Below are positions 18,871 through 27,114 of a stretch of 64,000 bases of DNA, piece by piece. The DNA lies in contig OZ241878.1 in the NCBI GenBank assembly GCA_965203365.1, positions 3,495,503-3,559,502 on the forward strand, read 5' to 3'. A program made the position numbers and the translations under genes. The stretch comes from Candidatus Poriferihabitaceae bacterium. GTDB taxonomy: Bacteria > Pseudomonadota > Gammaproteobacteria > Arenicellales > Poriferihabitantaceae. Below the pieces are notes generated by a model. That model was not told the origin of the DNA, made no database searches, and was given only the letters and a program-made list of their open reading frames with translations. Position 1 is the first letter of the stretch. Every line of letters starts with the position of its first letter.

Positions 18871-19758
18871 TCAACGGATCTCGTCGAGCTTGGATGTCCA
18901 TTGCACGGCTTCGGCGAACTTCTTGAGTTCGTCGGGTTTCATGTAGACCGTGTGTTCCGGCCCGGGATATGCCCGGGATTTGACCTCATCCCGGTAGCGG
19001 ACAAACACATCCTCCATGATCGGAATCAGGTCAGTGTAGATCTTTGAGTGCCGGGGTACATGTTCCTCGTACAGATGGAACAGGTCGGAAGTGATGATGT
19101 GCACGCCATCCGCCTTGTTGCCCGCTCCCAAACTGATGACTGGCACAGGCAGGGTTTCAGTCAGGTACTGACAGACTTCTTCACTGGTCACCTCACACAG
19201 AATGGAAAAGCAGCCTGCATCCACCATGGCCCAGGCATCGTCAACCAACTGTCGGGCCCGGTCAGCCGTTTTACCTTGGGCAAAGAAACCGCCAAGTTGT
19301 GGCATGCGCATGGGGGTGATACCAATGTGCCCCTGCACCGGTATACCAGCCTTCACGATCGCTTCGATGTTTTTCGCGTGATGCTGGTTGCCTTCGCATT
19401 TCATGACTTCGGCATTGGCCTCGTGAACGAAACGACCGGCATTCTCCACGGCCTGTTCCGGGGAAACATGGAAGCTCCAATAGGGCATGTCGACCATCCT
19501 CAAACCGTACTGGCTCCCTCGATCAATGGCCTTAGCCATCATCATCACTTCATCGAATGTTACTGTGACAGTGGATTTGTGCCCAAACAACACCATGCCA
19601 CCGGTATCTGAGACACAGAGAATATCAATGCCCAAACGGTCCGCAATGACAGCACTGCGATAGTCATAGATCGCCATCTGGACGATCTGTTCACCTTCCT
19701 GCATTTTCTTGCGCAGTTGATTGATGCCGATTTTTCTTCGCTTGGCAGGTTCCGTCAT
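18871..19758 (-). CDS. 3-methyl-2-oxobutanoate hydroxymethyltransferase (PanB) family paralog
   Basis: GGAG Shine-Dalgarno before the ATG at 19758. It is collinear with E. coli PanB as recalled: AIYDYRSAVIADRLGIDILCVSD, PVQGHIGITP, ILCEVTS (conserved Glu retained), VPVISLGAG, and a YPGPEH tail. It is the first gene of the msm array. Confidence 0.85.
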   Translation of the reverse strand: MTEPAKRRKIGINQLRKKMQEGEQIVQMAIYDYRSAVIADRLGIDILCVSDTGGMVLFGHKSTVTVTFDEVMMMAKAIDRGSQYGLRMVDMPYWSFHVSPEQAVENAGRFVHEANAEVMKCEGNQHHAKNIEAIVKAGIPVQGHIGITPMRMPQLGGFFAQGKTADRARQLVDDAWAMVDAGCFSILCEVTSEEVCQYLTETLPVPVISLGAGNKADGVHIITSDLFHLYEEHVPRHSKIYTDLIPIMEDVFVRYRDEVKSRAYPGPEHTVYMKPDELKKFAEAVQWTSKLDEIR

Positions 19759-20181
19759 GGGATTCTCCGGGGTGGCTTGTCCAGTGGCCAAATTGTTCTG
19801 ATACAGTAGCGTGACGATTTTCAACTCTATGAGTGCGAGCACCAGTCGTCAAAGTGATCTTTTCTATGATTCAATAGATGACACCTAAATGATGCGGGTA
19901 GAGGGTGTCCTGTGACATAGGCGCAGTGACCAATCCCCCACCCCTCACTAATGTGCTTGCTCGGGCCGAAAGGGAGGGGGCTGAGTGGGGGCGATGCATC
20001 CGAGTCCCGTGATGTCTCCGTGAAGATGGTCCTGGGTCAGCCTGATGCCAGCATCAGTCCCATACCCACCGTTCTTTCGGATAGGGCACTGCGAGGATGC
20101 CGCGGCTATCTGACCTGCAGTGGGGGCAGGATGACGGGTGTCGCCCATAGGTCATTTCATCGCCTTGATGGTGGCGGACGA

Positions 20182-20508
20182 TCAGCCTGTGATACCAAGA
20201 TCGATCAGGTCGTGTGCAATCGAATCAGTCGAGCCCCAATTCATTACGGTGGCACCCGAGAGGCAGTCATTGCCGAACAGCAGATAACTGGTATCAGGGT
20301 ACAGCATATCCGCAGCGAATCATCCGACAAGAGGGATTTTTTCGGTAAGTGCTGTATGGAGAGTCCAGTCGTTTTGGTCGTTGTAAGCGCTGATCTCAAA
20401 CCCCTTTTCACCGACATCCGAGACGGCCAACGTAACAGGGAACGCCAGTGAGGAAATATTGTGTGTGGCCAAAATACAACGGTTTCCCAAGTGTGGGATA
20501 GTGGCCAA
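20182..20508 (-). pseudogene. 109-codon reading frame interrupted by one in-frame TGA (20320-20322); unknown family
   Basis: TTG start preceded by AGAGGGA. MATIPHLGNRCILATHNISSLAFPVTLAVSDVGEKGFEISAYNDQNDWTLHTALTEKIPLVG, then TGA, then FAADMLYPDTSYLLFGNDCLSGATVMNWGSTDSIAHDLIDLGITG, all in one frame. Confidence 0.25.
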
Positions 20509-20888
20509 ATCCCTCTAGGAGCTGGAAACTCGTCGGTCCTTGAGCAGCAAATATAAATATTTCGTTAGAAAGATCCACAGGGCCTGTCGTGCCGACGCGA
20601 TGGGTGCAGATGCACTCGAATATCGTCCAGATGTCCGGGGCCAGACATCAGACCGTGACATCGGATACGCCATTGATTCATCCAGGCAAACACCATAGCG
20701 AATGTCACCCGGCTGCCTGATCACCCATCCAGCGGGACAGGCCAGCCTCCAAACAACTCGCGCTTCCCGGTCCTGACATGCGCACCTTCTCGGCTATGAT
20801 GTTGCCATCATCCGGTTGCCGAAATCAGCGAGGCCACCTATTTTGCCGTCGGAGAGATGGCATGTCGGAGCATTTGCCTCGGGATTGA

Positions 20889-20909
20889 TTGATAGGCTAG
20901 AATTATCAA
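20889..20909. promoter_or_regulatory. candidate LysR-type operator: perfect inverted repeat TTGATA-N9-TATCAA
   Basis: The site lies 45-65 nt upstream of the LysR gene ATG and fits the T-N11-A architecture. A second imperfect dyad (GATAATC ... GATTATTC) follows at about 20914-20941. Confidence 0.4.
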
Positions 20910-20953
20910 AATCGATAATCACTTGGCCTTTTTGATTATTCTCGCATGATTCC

Positions 20954-21868
20954 ATGTATCTCAGGCAGTTTCAATATCTGGTAGCGCTGGAACAGGAGGG
21001 ACATTTTGGGCGGGCGGCGGAGAAATGCCATGTGTCCCAGCCGAGCTTGTCCAGTTCACTGAAGAGTCTGGAAGAGGAGCTCGGATTCCCCATTATTCTG
21101 CGGCAACAGAAATTCCAGGGGTTCTCGAAGGAGGGGGAGGTGGTGATCAGCTGGGCGAAGAGGCTGCTGGCTGATCGTTCAGCGATGCTGGACGAACTCG
21201 CTGTGATGCGAGAAAACCTGAATGGTCAACTCCGTATTGGGGCGAGTCCCATGAGTTCACCCCTGTTTCCGGCCGTCAGTCAACTGGTGCAGCAACGATA
21301 CCCTCACGTACAGCTCGACATCCAATTTATGGGATTGGACCAGCTCGTGCACGGCCTGAATAATTTTGAGTTGGATGTGGGGTTCACCGACCTGGATGAC
21401 CCGCAGCTGGAAAAATTTGTGACCTTGCCGTTATACGACGATCCCCTCTATCTGCTGCTGCCTGAAAATGACTGGCTGGGGGATGCTCCCACCAGTTCCT
21501 GGAAAGAGGCGGCGACCCTGCCGTTGTCCCTGTTGTCGGACACCACCCGCGAACGCCAGATCATGGATGCGGCTTTTCGCCAAGTGGGATGTCACCCGAC
21601 ACCGAGACTGGAGTCGAATTCCATTTTCCAGTTGGCGTTCCACGCCATGGCTGGCGACTTGGCGACCATCGTCCCCAAGCGCTTTGCTCATTTGCCGAAT
21701 ACCCGGCAGAAATTGCTGGAATCACCCAATATATCGCAGTGCATGGGGTTGGTCTGGGTTCCGGGGGATCCGGTATTTCCCATGACAACGGCGATTGAAT
21801 CCCTGATGCGGACGGCACTGAAATCCGGATTGCTGGACGAATCCTCGTTTCTGGATAGTGGAGCCTGA
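20954..21868 (+). CDS. LysR family transcriptional regulator
   Basis: N-terminal HTH FGRAAEKCHVSQPSLSSSLKSLEEELG and a typical LysR substrate-binding domain length. It is divergent from the msm array. Confidence 0.9.
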   Translation: MYLRQFQYLVALEQEGHFGRAAEKCHVSQPSLSSSLKSLEEELGFPIILRQQKFQGFSKEGEVVISWAKRLLADRSAMLDELAVMRENLNGQLRIGASPMSSPLFPAVSQLVQQRYPHVQLDIQFMGLDQLVHGLNNFELDVGFTDLDDPQLEKFVTLPLYDDPLYLLLPENDWLGDAPTSSWKEAATLPLSLLSDTTRERQIMDAAFRQVGCHPTPRLESNSIFQLAFHAMAGDLATIVPKRFAHLPNTRQKLLESPNISQCMGLVWVPGDPVFPMTTAIESLMRTALKSGLLDESSFLDSGA

Positions 21869-21901
21869 TGGCCGGGAAAACCGGTTCGATGGCTTCTGTG
21901 G

Positions 21902-22720
21902 CTACAGGTGCGTTCCAGTTGCGAGTTGTCGGACGAACTGGTGGACTTCCTCACAGATAGCCCCTTGGGTCTGGCCTTGGTCCACCCCGTCGGCAATGCG
22001 GTCCACAATGGCAGAACCCACCACGACGCCATCTGCGACCCGGGCGGTCGCACGGACTTGTTCCGCGGTCTTGATGCCAAAGCCCACCGCGACAGGCAGG
22101 GTCGTATGACGCCGGATCCGGACCACCGCGTCAGCGACGGATTGTTGTTCCGCTGAACGGGTTCCGGTGATCCCGGCGATTGCTACATAATAGACAAAGC
22201 CCGAGCTGTTCTTCAATACCACCTCCAATCGGGAATCGTGCGAGGTGGGTGTGGTCAGACGGATCCAGTGCAGTCCGGCTGCCAAACAAGGATGGGCCAT
22301 TTCCACATCCTCTTCGGGCGGCAGGTCCACGACGATGACGCCATCCACGCCAACGGACAGGGCTTTGTCAATGAAGGCCGGGACGCCATAACGGTAGATG
22401 GGATTGTAGTAACCCATCAGGATGATCGGGGTATCGTCATCCTGCTGACGGAAACGCTCCACCATGGCCAGTGTGTTCACCAAGGTCATGCCATTGTTCA
22501 GTGCCCGCTGGCTGGCCAGCTGGATGGCGGGACCGTCCGCCATGGGGTCGGAAAAGGGCATGCCGAGTTCAATGATGTCGGCCCCCGCTGCCGGTAGTCC
22601 GTCGAGAATGGCCTGGGAGGTTTCCAAGTTGGGGTCTCCGGCGGTCACAAAAGTGACCAGGGCGGCCCGCTGTTGCTCCCGGGTCAAGGCAAAGCGTTCC
22701 TTCAGGCGGTCCCGGTTCAT
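21902..22720 (-). CDS. trpA: tryptophan synthase alpha chain
   Basis: [28 protein letters not shown] and GFGI motifs. The ATG at 22720 overlaps the trpB stop as ATGA. Confidence 0.95.
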   Translation of the reverse strand: MNRDRLKERFALTREQQRAALVTFVTAGDPNLETSQAILDGLPAAGADIIELGMPFSDPMADGPAIQLASQRALNNGMTLVNTLAMVERFRQQDDDTPIILMGYYNPIYRYGVPAFIDKALSVGVDGVIVVDLPPEEDVEMAHPCLAAGLHWIRLTTPTSHDSRLEVVLKNSSGFVYYVAIAGITGTRSAEQQSVADAVVRIRRHTTLPVAVGFGIKTAEQVRATARVADGVVVGSAIVDRIADGVDQGQTQGAICEEVHQFVRQLATGTHL

Positions 22721-23934
22721 AGTTCCACTCCCAGGGCCTTGGCCACGGTAAAGACATCCTTGTCTCCGCGGCCGCACAGATTCATGATGATGGTTTGATC
22801 ACGCCCCATTGTCGGTGCGATCTTGGCGACATAGGCAAGGGCATGCGCCGGTTCCAGGGCCGGGATGATGCCTTCGCTTCGACAGCACAGTTGAAATGCC
22901 TCCAGTGCTTCGTGATCGGTGATGGAAACGTATTCGATGCGTCCGGTCTCATGCAACCAGGCATGTTCGGGACCGATTCCGGGATAGTCCAGGCCAGCAG
23001 AGATGGAGTGTGCATCCCGAATCTGTCCGTCCTCGTTCTGTAACAAATAGGTTCGATTGCCATGCAAGACACCGGGCTCCCCCCCGGCCAGAGAGGCGGC
23101 ATGCGCTCCGGTGTCAAGACCATGTCCAGCCGCTTCCACCCCAATCATGCGGACTTCCTCGTCACTCAGGAAAGGATGAAACAGACCGATGGCATTGGAG
23201 CCCCCCCCGATGCAGGCCATGACGACATCCGGCAGTTTTCCGGTGCGTTCGGTGAACTGTTCCCGCGCCTCACGTCCAATCACGCTCTGGAAGTCACGGA
23301 CCATTTCCGGGTAGGGATGCGGCCCAGCGGCGGTGCCGATGATATAGAAAGTGTCTTCAACGTTCGCCACCCAATCCCGCAGTGCATCGTTCATGGCATC
23401 CTTCAATGTGGCGGTACCACTGGTCACGGGGACGATTTGGGCCCCGAGAAGCCGCATCCGGAACACATTCGGGGCCTGTCGCTCAATGTCCTTTTCGCCC
23501 ATGTAGACCACACAGGGCAGGTTGAACAGGGCACAGACGGTTGCTGTGGCAACCCCATGTTGTCCAGCGCCCGTCTCGGCGATGATGCGCCGCTTGCCCA
23601 TCCGCCGGGCCAGCAGGATCTGCCCCAGGGTATTGTTGATCTTGTGAGCGCCGGTATGATTCAGTTCGTCCCGCTTGAAGTAGACTCTTGCCCCGCCGAG
23701 CTCGTCACTGAGGCGTTCCGCCAGATACAGGGGGCTTGGCCGTCCGACATAGTCCCGAGCGTAGTAGGCCAATTCCCGGAGGAATTCAGGATCGTCCCGA
23801 AATGTGTAATAGGCCTGCTCGACTTCGAGGATCAGTGGCATCAGGGTTTCGGCGACAAAGCGTCCTCCGAATATGCCGAAGTGCCCCTCGGCATCAGGGC
23901 CGCTACCATAGGATTCGGGTGTGTTCACTTGCAT
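22717..23934 (-). CDS. trpB: tryptophan synthase beta chain
   Basis: PLP-lysine motif [19 protein letters not shown], and full-length collinearity with TrpB. Confidence 0.95.
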   Translation of the reverse strand: MQVNTPESYGSGPDAEGHFGIFGGRFVAETLMPLILEVEQAYYTFRDDPEFLRELAYYARDYVGRPSPLYLAERLSDELGGARVYFKRDELNHTGAHKINNTLGQILLARRMGKRRIIAETGAGQHGVATATVCALFNLPCVVYMGEKDIERQAPNVFRMRLLGAQIVPVTSGTATLKDAMNDALRDWVANVEDTFYIIGTAAGPHPYPEMVRDFQSVIGREAREQFTERTGKLPDVVMACIGGGSNAIGLFHPFLSDEEVRMIGVEAAGHGLDTGAHAASLAGGEPGVLHGNRTYLLQNEDGQIRDAHSISAGLDYPGIGPEHAWLHETGRIEYVSITDHEALEAFQLCCRSEGIIPALEPAHALAYVAKIAPTMGRDQTIIMNLCGRGDKDVFTVAKALGVEL

Positions 23935-23988
23935 GGGGTTTGTCGAGGACTGTTATCAGGGTGGCATTATACTGCCCCCGCGGCCATG

Positions 23989-24017
23989 TTGACATTCTCG
24001 TCATGGCTCCCTAGTAT
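23989..24017 (+). promoter_or_regulatory. candidate sigma70 promoter for metZ (TTGACA-17 nt-TAGTAT)
   Basis: Consensus -35 at 23989-23994 and a -10-like TAGTAT at 24012-24017. It lies in the divergent trpB/metZ intergenic region. A TATAAT on the opposite strand (23966-23971) may serve trpB. Confidence 0.4.
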
Positions 24018-24075
24018 CGTTCCAGCGCCGATTTGAGTTTCAGCTTGCGGGCGCTTTACAAATCCGGCTAAAGAG

Positions 24076-24130
24076 AAGCCCGCCAACCCGCTTGACGCCG
24101 CTTCCCCAGCCGGCTAAAGGCGGGTTTTTT
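24076..24130 (+). terminator. terminator-like hairpin plus T6 inside the metZ 5' leader (possible attenuator/riboswitch expression platform)
   Basis: AAGCCCGCC ... GGCGGGTTT stem followed by TTTTTT. The loop is long (34 nt) and contains the palindrome AGCCGGCT. The 10-mer CCGGCTAAAG occurs twice (24064-24073 and 24110-24119). Confidence 0.3.
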
Positions 24131-24218
24131 GATGCCCGCATTTTCCTGTCCAGCCAGCTTCTGATTAGGCGGTTGGACACCGACTAGTCGCACAAATCTC
24201 GACCAGAGGGTATCCGTG

Positions 24219-25427
24219 ATGAGCAAGGTGGACGCAGCAGATTTTACTGGGGAGGCATTTCGACCGGAAACACTGGCGGTCCGGGCAGGCCAGAATCGCA
24301 GCCCGGAGCGGGAACACAGTGAGCCCATCTTCGCGACGTCAAGCTTCGTGTTTGACAGCGCGGCCCAGGCCGCTTCGCTGTTTTCCGAGCAGGAGGAAGG
24401 CAATATCTACTCCCGCTTCACCAATCCGACGGTGAGGACCTTCGAATCCCGTCTGGGCATGTTGGAAGGAGGGACCTACTGCATTGCCACTGCATCCGGT
24501 ATGGCCGCCATTTCCGGTTTGTTGATCAGTCAGTTGCGACCCGGTGACCATGTGGTGGTGGCGCGAGAATTGTTCGGCTCGACCCTCTCGCTGTTTGGAA
24601 AAATTTTTCGGCGCTATCAGATCGATTTCACTCCAGTCGCCGTTTCCGACGTGGAGGGCTGGCGCTCGGCAGTCCGGGACAATACCCGAATGCTTTTTCT
24701 GGAAACACCCAGCAATCCGCTTTGCGACATCGCCGACATGCAGGCCCTCGCCACTCTCGCCCGCGAGGCGGGGTCGCTGTTGGTAGTGGATAATTGCTTC
24801 TGCACGCCGGCTTTGCAGCGTCCTTTGGAGCACGGCGCGGATGTCGTGATTCACACGGCCACCAAATATCTGGATGGACAGGGACGATGCGTCGGAGGCG
24901 CCATGGTCACCGGCAATCCGGATGTGCATGACGCATTCTTCGGCATGATGCGTACCACGGGGCCGAGCATGAGCCCGTTCAATGCCTGGGTGTTCTTGAA
25001 GGGTCTGGAAACGTTGCCTCTTCGAATGAGTCGCCATTGTGAAAACGCGGACCGATTGGCCAGCTGGTTGGGAGAGCATCCGGCCGTCGAACAGGTATTC
25101 TATCCCGGGAATGAGGATCATCCGGGACATGCCTTGGCATCCCGTCAGCAAAGTGGGTATGGGGGTATCGTTTCATTTCGGGTGCTGGGCGGTCGGCCAG
25201 AAGCCTGGTCTGTGATCGACCGGACCCGACTGCTGTCCATTACCGCCAATCTGGGCGATGTCAGGACCACCATCACGCATCCTGCCAGCACGACGCATGT
25301 GCGGATTTCCCAACAAGAGCGGGATGTGGCGGGCATCACCGAAAACCTGGTCCGGATTTCGGTGGGATTGGAAAACACAGAGGACGTTTGCAGGGATCTG
25401 GCTCGGGGATTGGATGCTTTGCTGTAG
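24219..25427 (+). CDS. metZ: O-succinylhomoserine sulfhydrylase / Cys-Met metabolism PLP enzyme
   Basis: AGAGGG Shine-Dalgarno 8 nt before the ATG at 24219 (a GTG at 24216 is also possible). N-terminus RPETLAVRAGQNRSPEREHSEPIFATSSFVF, PLP-lysine context HTATKYLDGQGR. Confidence 0.85.
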   Translation: MSKVDAADFTGEAFRPETLAVRAGQNRSPEREHSEPIFATSSFVFDSAAQAASLFSEQEEGNIYSRFTNPTVRTFESRLGMLEGGTYCIATASGMAAISGLLISQLRPGDHVVVARELFGSTLSLFGKIFRRYQIDFTPVAVSDVEGWRSAVRDNTRMLFLETPSNPLCDIADMQALATLAREAGSLLVVDNCFCTPALQRPLEHGADVVIHTATKYLDGQGRCVGGAMVTGNPDVHDAFFGMMRTTGPSMSPFNAWVFLKGLETLPLRMSRHCENADRLASWLGEHPAVEQVFYPGNEDHPGHALASRQQSGYGGIVSFRVLGGRPEAWSVIDRTRLLSITANLGDVRTTITHPASTTHVRISQQERDVAGITENLVRISVGLENTEDVCRDLARGLDALL

Positions 25428-25503
25428 TGAGAGGAGCTATAACAATACCTTGACCCCACGATGACCGATATCCCATCGGACAAGGCAAAGTGGCTGAAAA
25501 GAG

Positions 25504-25902
25504 TTGTCTCCATCCGGTCGGATGACTTCGTGGACCGGGTTCCCGGAAGGGAAATTCTGCGCCGTTTCCGAGTGGGATATCGGGATGGTGGAGAGCACCG
25601 GATCCCAAGACGACGACACCCCTGAGGCTGGCAAGGGCAATGACCCCCTCTGGGATGCCGCCGCCGACCGGTCCGTGCTCGACGGGGAGTCCGAAACCGA
25701 TACCATCCACGATGTCGAGGTCGGGCAGGACACCCTCGTCCTCAAAATCGATCTGAAGTTTGCCGACCTTGACATCAAGCAGCGCGGCGAGTGTTGCATT
25801 TCGGGGTGGAAGTGGGGATGGATGATGTTGCATCTCAATGTTCAATGGGCGATAGTTATCATCTGCCGATGTACACATCAGTGCCTCATCCGACCCAGTT
25901 GA
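25504..25902 (+). CDS. hypothetical acidic protein (frame uncertain, possibly frameshifted with an ATG at 25461)
   Basis: The centre (about 25600-25790) has strong third-position G/C bias in this frame (DDDTPEAGKGNDPLWDAAADRSVLDGESETDTIHDVEVGQDTLVLKIDLKFADLDIKQRGE). The ends look non-coding. I recognised no family. Confidence 0.25.
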   Translation: MSPSGRMTSWTGFPEGKFCAVSEWDIGMVESTGSQDDDTPEAGKGNDPLWDAAADRSVLDGESETDTIHDVEVGQDTLVLKIDLKFADLDIKQRGECCISGWKWGWMMLHLNVQWAIVIICRCTHQCLIRPS

Positions 25903-27114
25903 GTGGACCAAGTGTCAAGGGTGCCAGAGCCCAAAAAATTCACGATTTCCAGTGCCAGCGCCATTCTGACGCCTGACACCCCCGGGCTGAAGCCACTGGT
26001 TCGAAGCGTTTGTGAAGGAAGATCAATTCGTGCACGACAGTCTGCAGACCGACCGGTTGCCAGTGGTACCGATCAGGAGCAGTATCTTTATGGTGAAAGC
26101 TCGGGGACCAGTGGAGCCCCCAAAAGGATCCGCAGACGCCCCTCGACCTGGATACAGAGTTTTGAGATCAATCGTGAACGATTCGGCCTGAACTCATCCG
26201 ACACCTATGCAATCTTCGGCAGCCTGGGACATTCATTGTCCCTGTATGCGGTACTGGAAGCGTTGCATGTCGGCGCGGATTTGGCTTCTTTATCTGGTCT
26301 GGGACTGAGAAATCAGGTGCGCCATGTTGTGAGCGGTCGGATCAGTGTGATCTATGCCACTCCGACCCAGATGCGACGGTTTTCAATCGCGGCCAGACAA
26401 CTTGGCCATGTTCACATGACGGGTGTGCGTCGGTTGTTTGTCGGTGGGGGAAAACTGGACTGTGCCGTTCGTCAGGCATTGGGTGAATGCTTCCCGAACG
26501 CCGAGATTCGGGAATTTTACGGGACCAGTGAAACCAGTTTCATCGCGCTGTCCGATGAACGAACTCCAGATGGCTCGGTGGGACAACCCTATCCCCAGGT
26601 GACCCTACGGATTGCGCCCGCGAATCAGGCCGATTCGGGTCCCACCGGTGAGATCCAGGTGTCGAGTCCGTATCTGTTTGACGGATACGAATCGGGGGAC
26701 GGCCAGATCATCCGAACTCGTGCGGAGCATTTCTGGCGTGTGGGTGATATCGGGTGGGTGGACGAGGATGGTTACCTGTTCCTGAAGGGAAGACGAGACC
26801 GGATGGTCACAGTGGCGGACGTCAATGTCTATCCGGAAGAGATCGAAAGCATCATTTCGGGCGAGCCTGGGATCAAAGTCTGTGCCGTGATGCCGATGGT
26901 GGATGATCGACGCGGTCACCGGATCCTGGCGATTCTCGAAGGAACCCCCGACTGGCAGCAGGAATACAGGATTCGACAACAGTGCCGCGAAAAGCTCCAT
27001 GCGTTGGCCGTCCCCTCCCGGTTCGAATATTGGCACCACATTCCCGTACTGCCGACGGGCAAGCCTGACCTGCAAGCCATCCAGAAACGGTTGGATACTC
27101 ACCGTGAAGCCTAG
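25903..27114 (+). CDS. AMP-dependent (ANL superfamily) acyl-activating enzyme, N-terminally short form
   Basis: P-loop SSGTSGAPK already at residues 66-74, YGTSETS (A5), SSPYLFDGY, WRVGDIGWVDEDGYLFLKGRRDRMV (A8) and PTGKPD (A10 Lys). The start codon is uncertain (GTG at 25903). Confidence 0.8.
   Translation: MDQVSRVPEPKKFTISSASAILTPDTPGLKPLVRSVCEGRSIRARQSADRPVASGTDQEQYLYGESSGTSGAPKRIRRRPSTWIQSFEINRERFGLNSSDTYAIFGSLGHSLSLYAVLEALHVGADLASLSGLGLRNQVRHVVSGRISVIYATPTQMRRFSIAARQLGHVHMTGVRRLFVGGGKLDCAVRQALGECFPNAEIREFYGTSETSFIALSDERTPDGSVGQPYPQVTLRIAPANQADSGPTGEIQVSSPYLFDGYESGDGQIIRTRAEHFWRVGDIGWVDEDGYLFLKGRRDRMVTVADVNVYPEEIESIISGEPGIKVCAVMPMVDDRRGHRILAILEGTPDWQQEYRIRQQCREKLHALAVPSRFEYWHHIPVLPTGKPDLQAIQKRLDTHREA

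Noticed and set aside
20320-20322. In-frame TGA in the 20182-20508 frame read as a selenocysteine codon
   Set aside because: I could see no stem-loop directly 3' of the TGA, and there is no Cys/Sec-type redox context (the sequence is PLVG-TGA-FAAD). Pseudogenisation is the simpler explanation. I keep it as a finding, not as a recoding claim.
23062-24036. 324-aa plus-strand ORF over trpB
   Set aside because: It is antisense to trpB, whose identity is unambiguous. I saw no motif in the antisense product.
24064-24119. The two CCGGCTAAAG copies upstream of metZ taken as a SAM-II riboswitch
   Set aside because: The SAM-II signature as I recall it (a U-rich loop plus a 3' AAAGCU forming a pseudoknot) is not present in that arrangement. 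I report it only as an unclassified leader element.
25900-25902. Read-through fusion of the 25504 ORF with the ANL ligase ORF (same frame, single TGA)
   Set aside because: The last ~35 codons before the TGA lack coding bias, and the upstream peptide has no resemblance to an ANL N-terminal domain.
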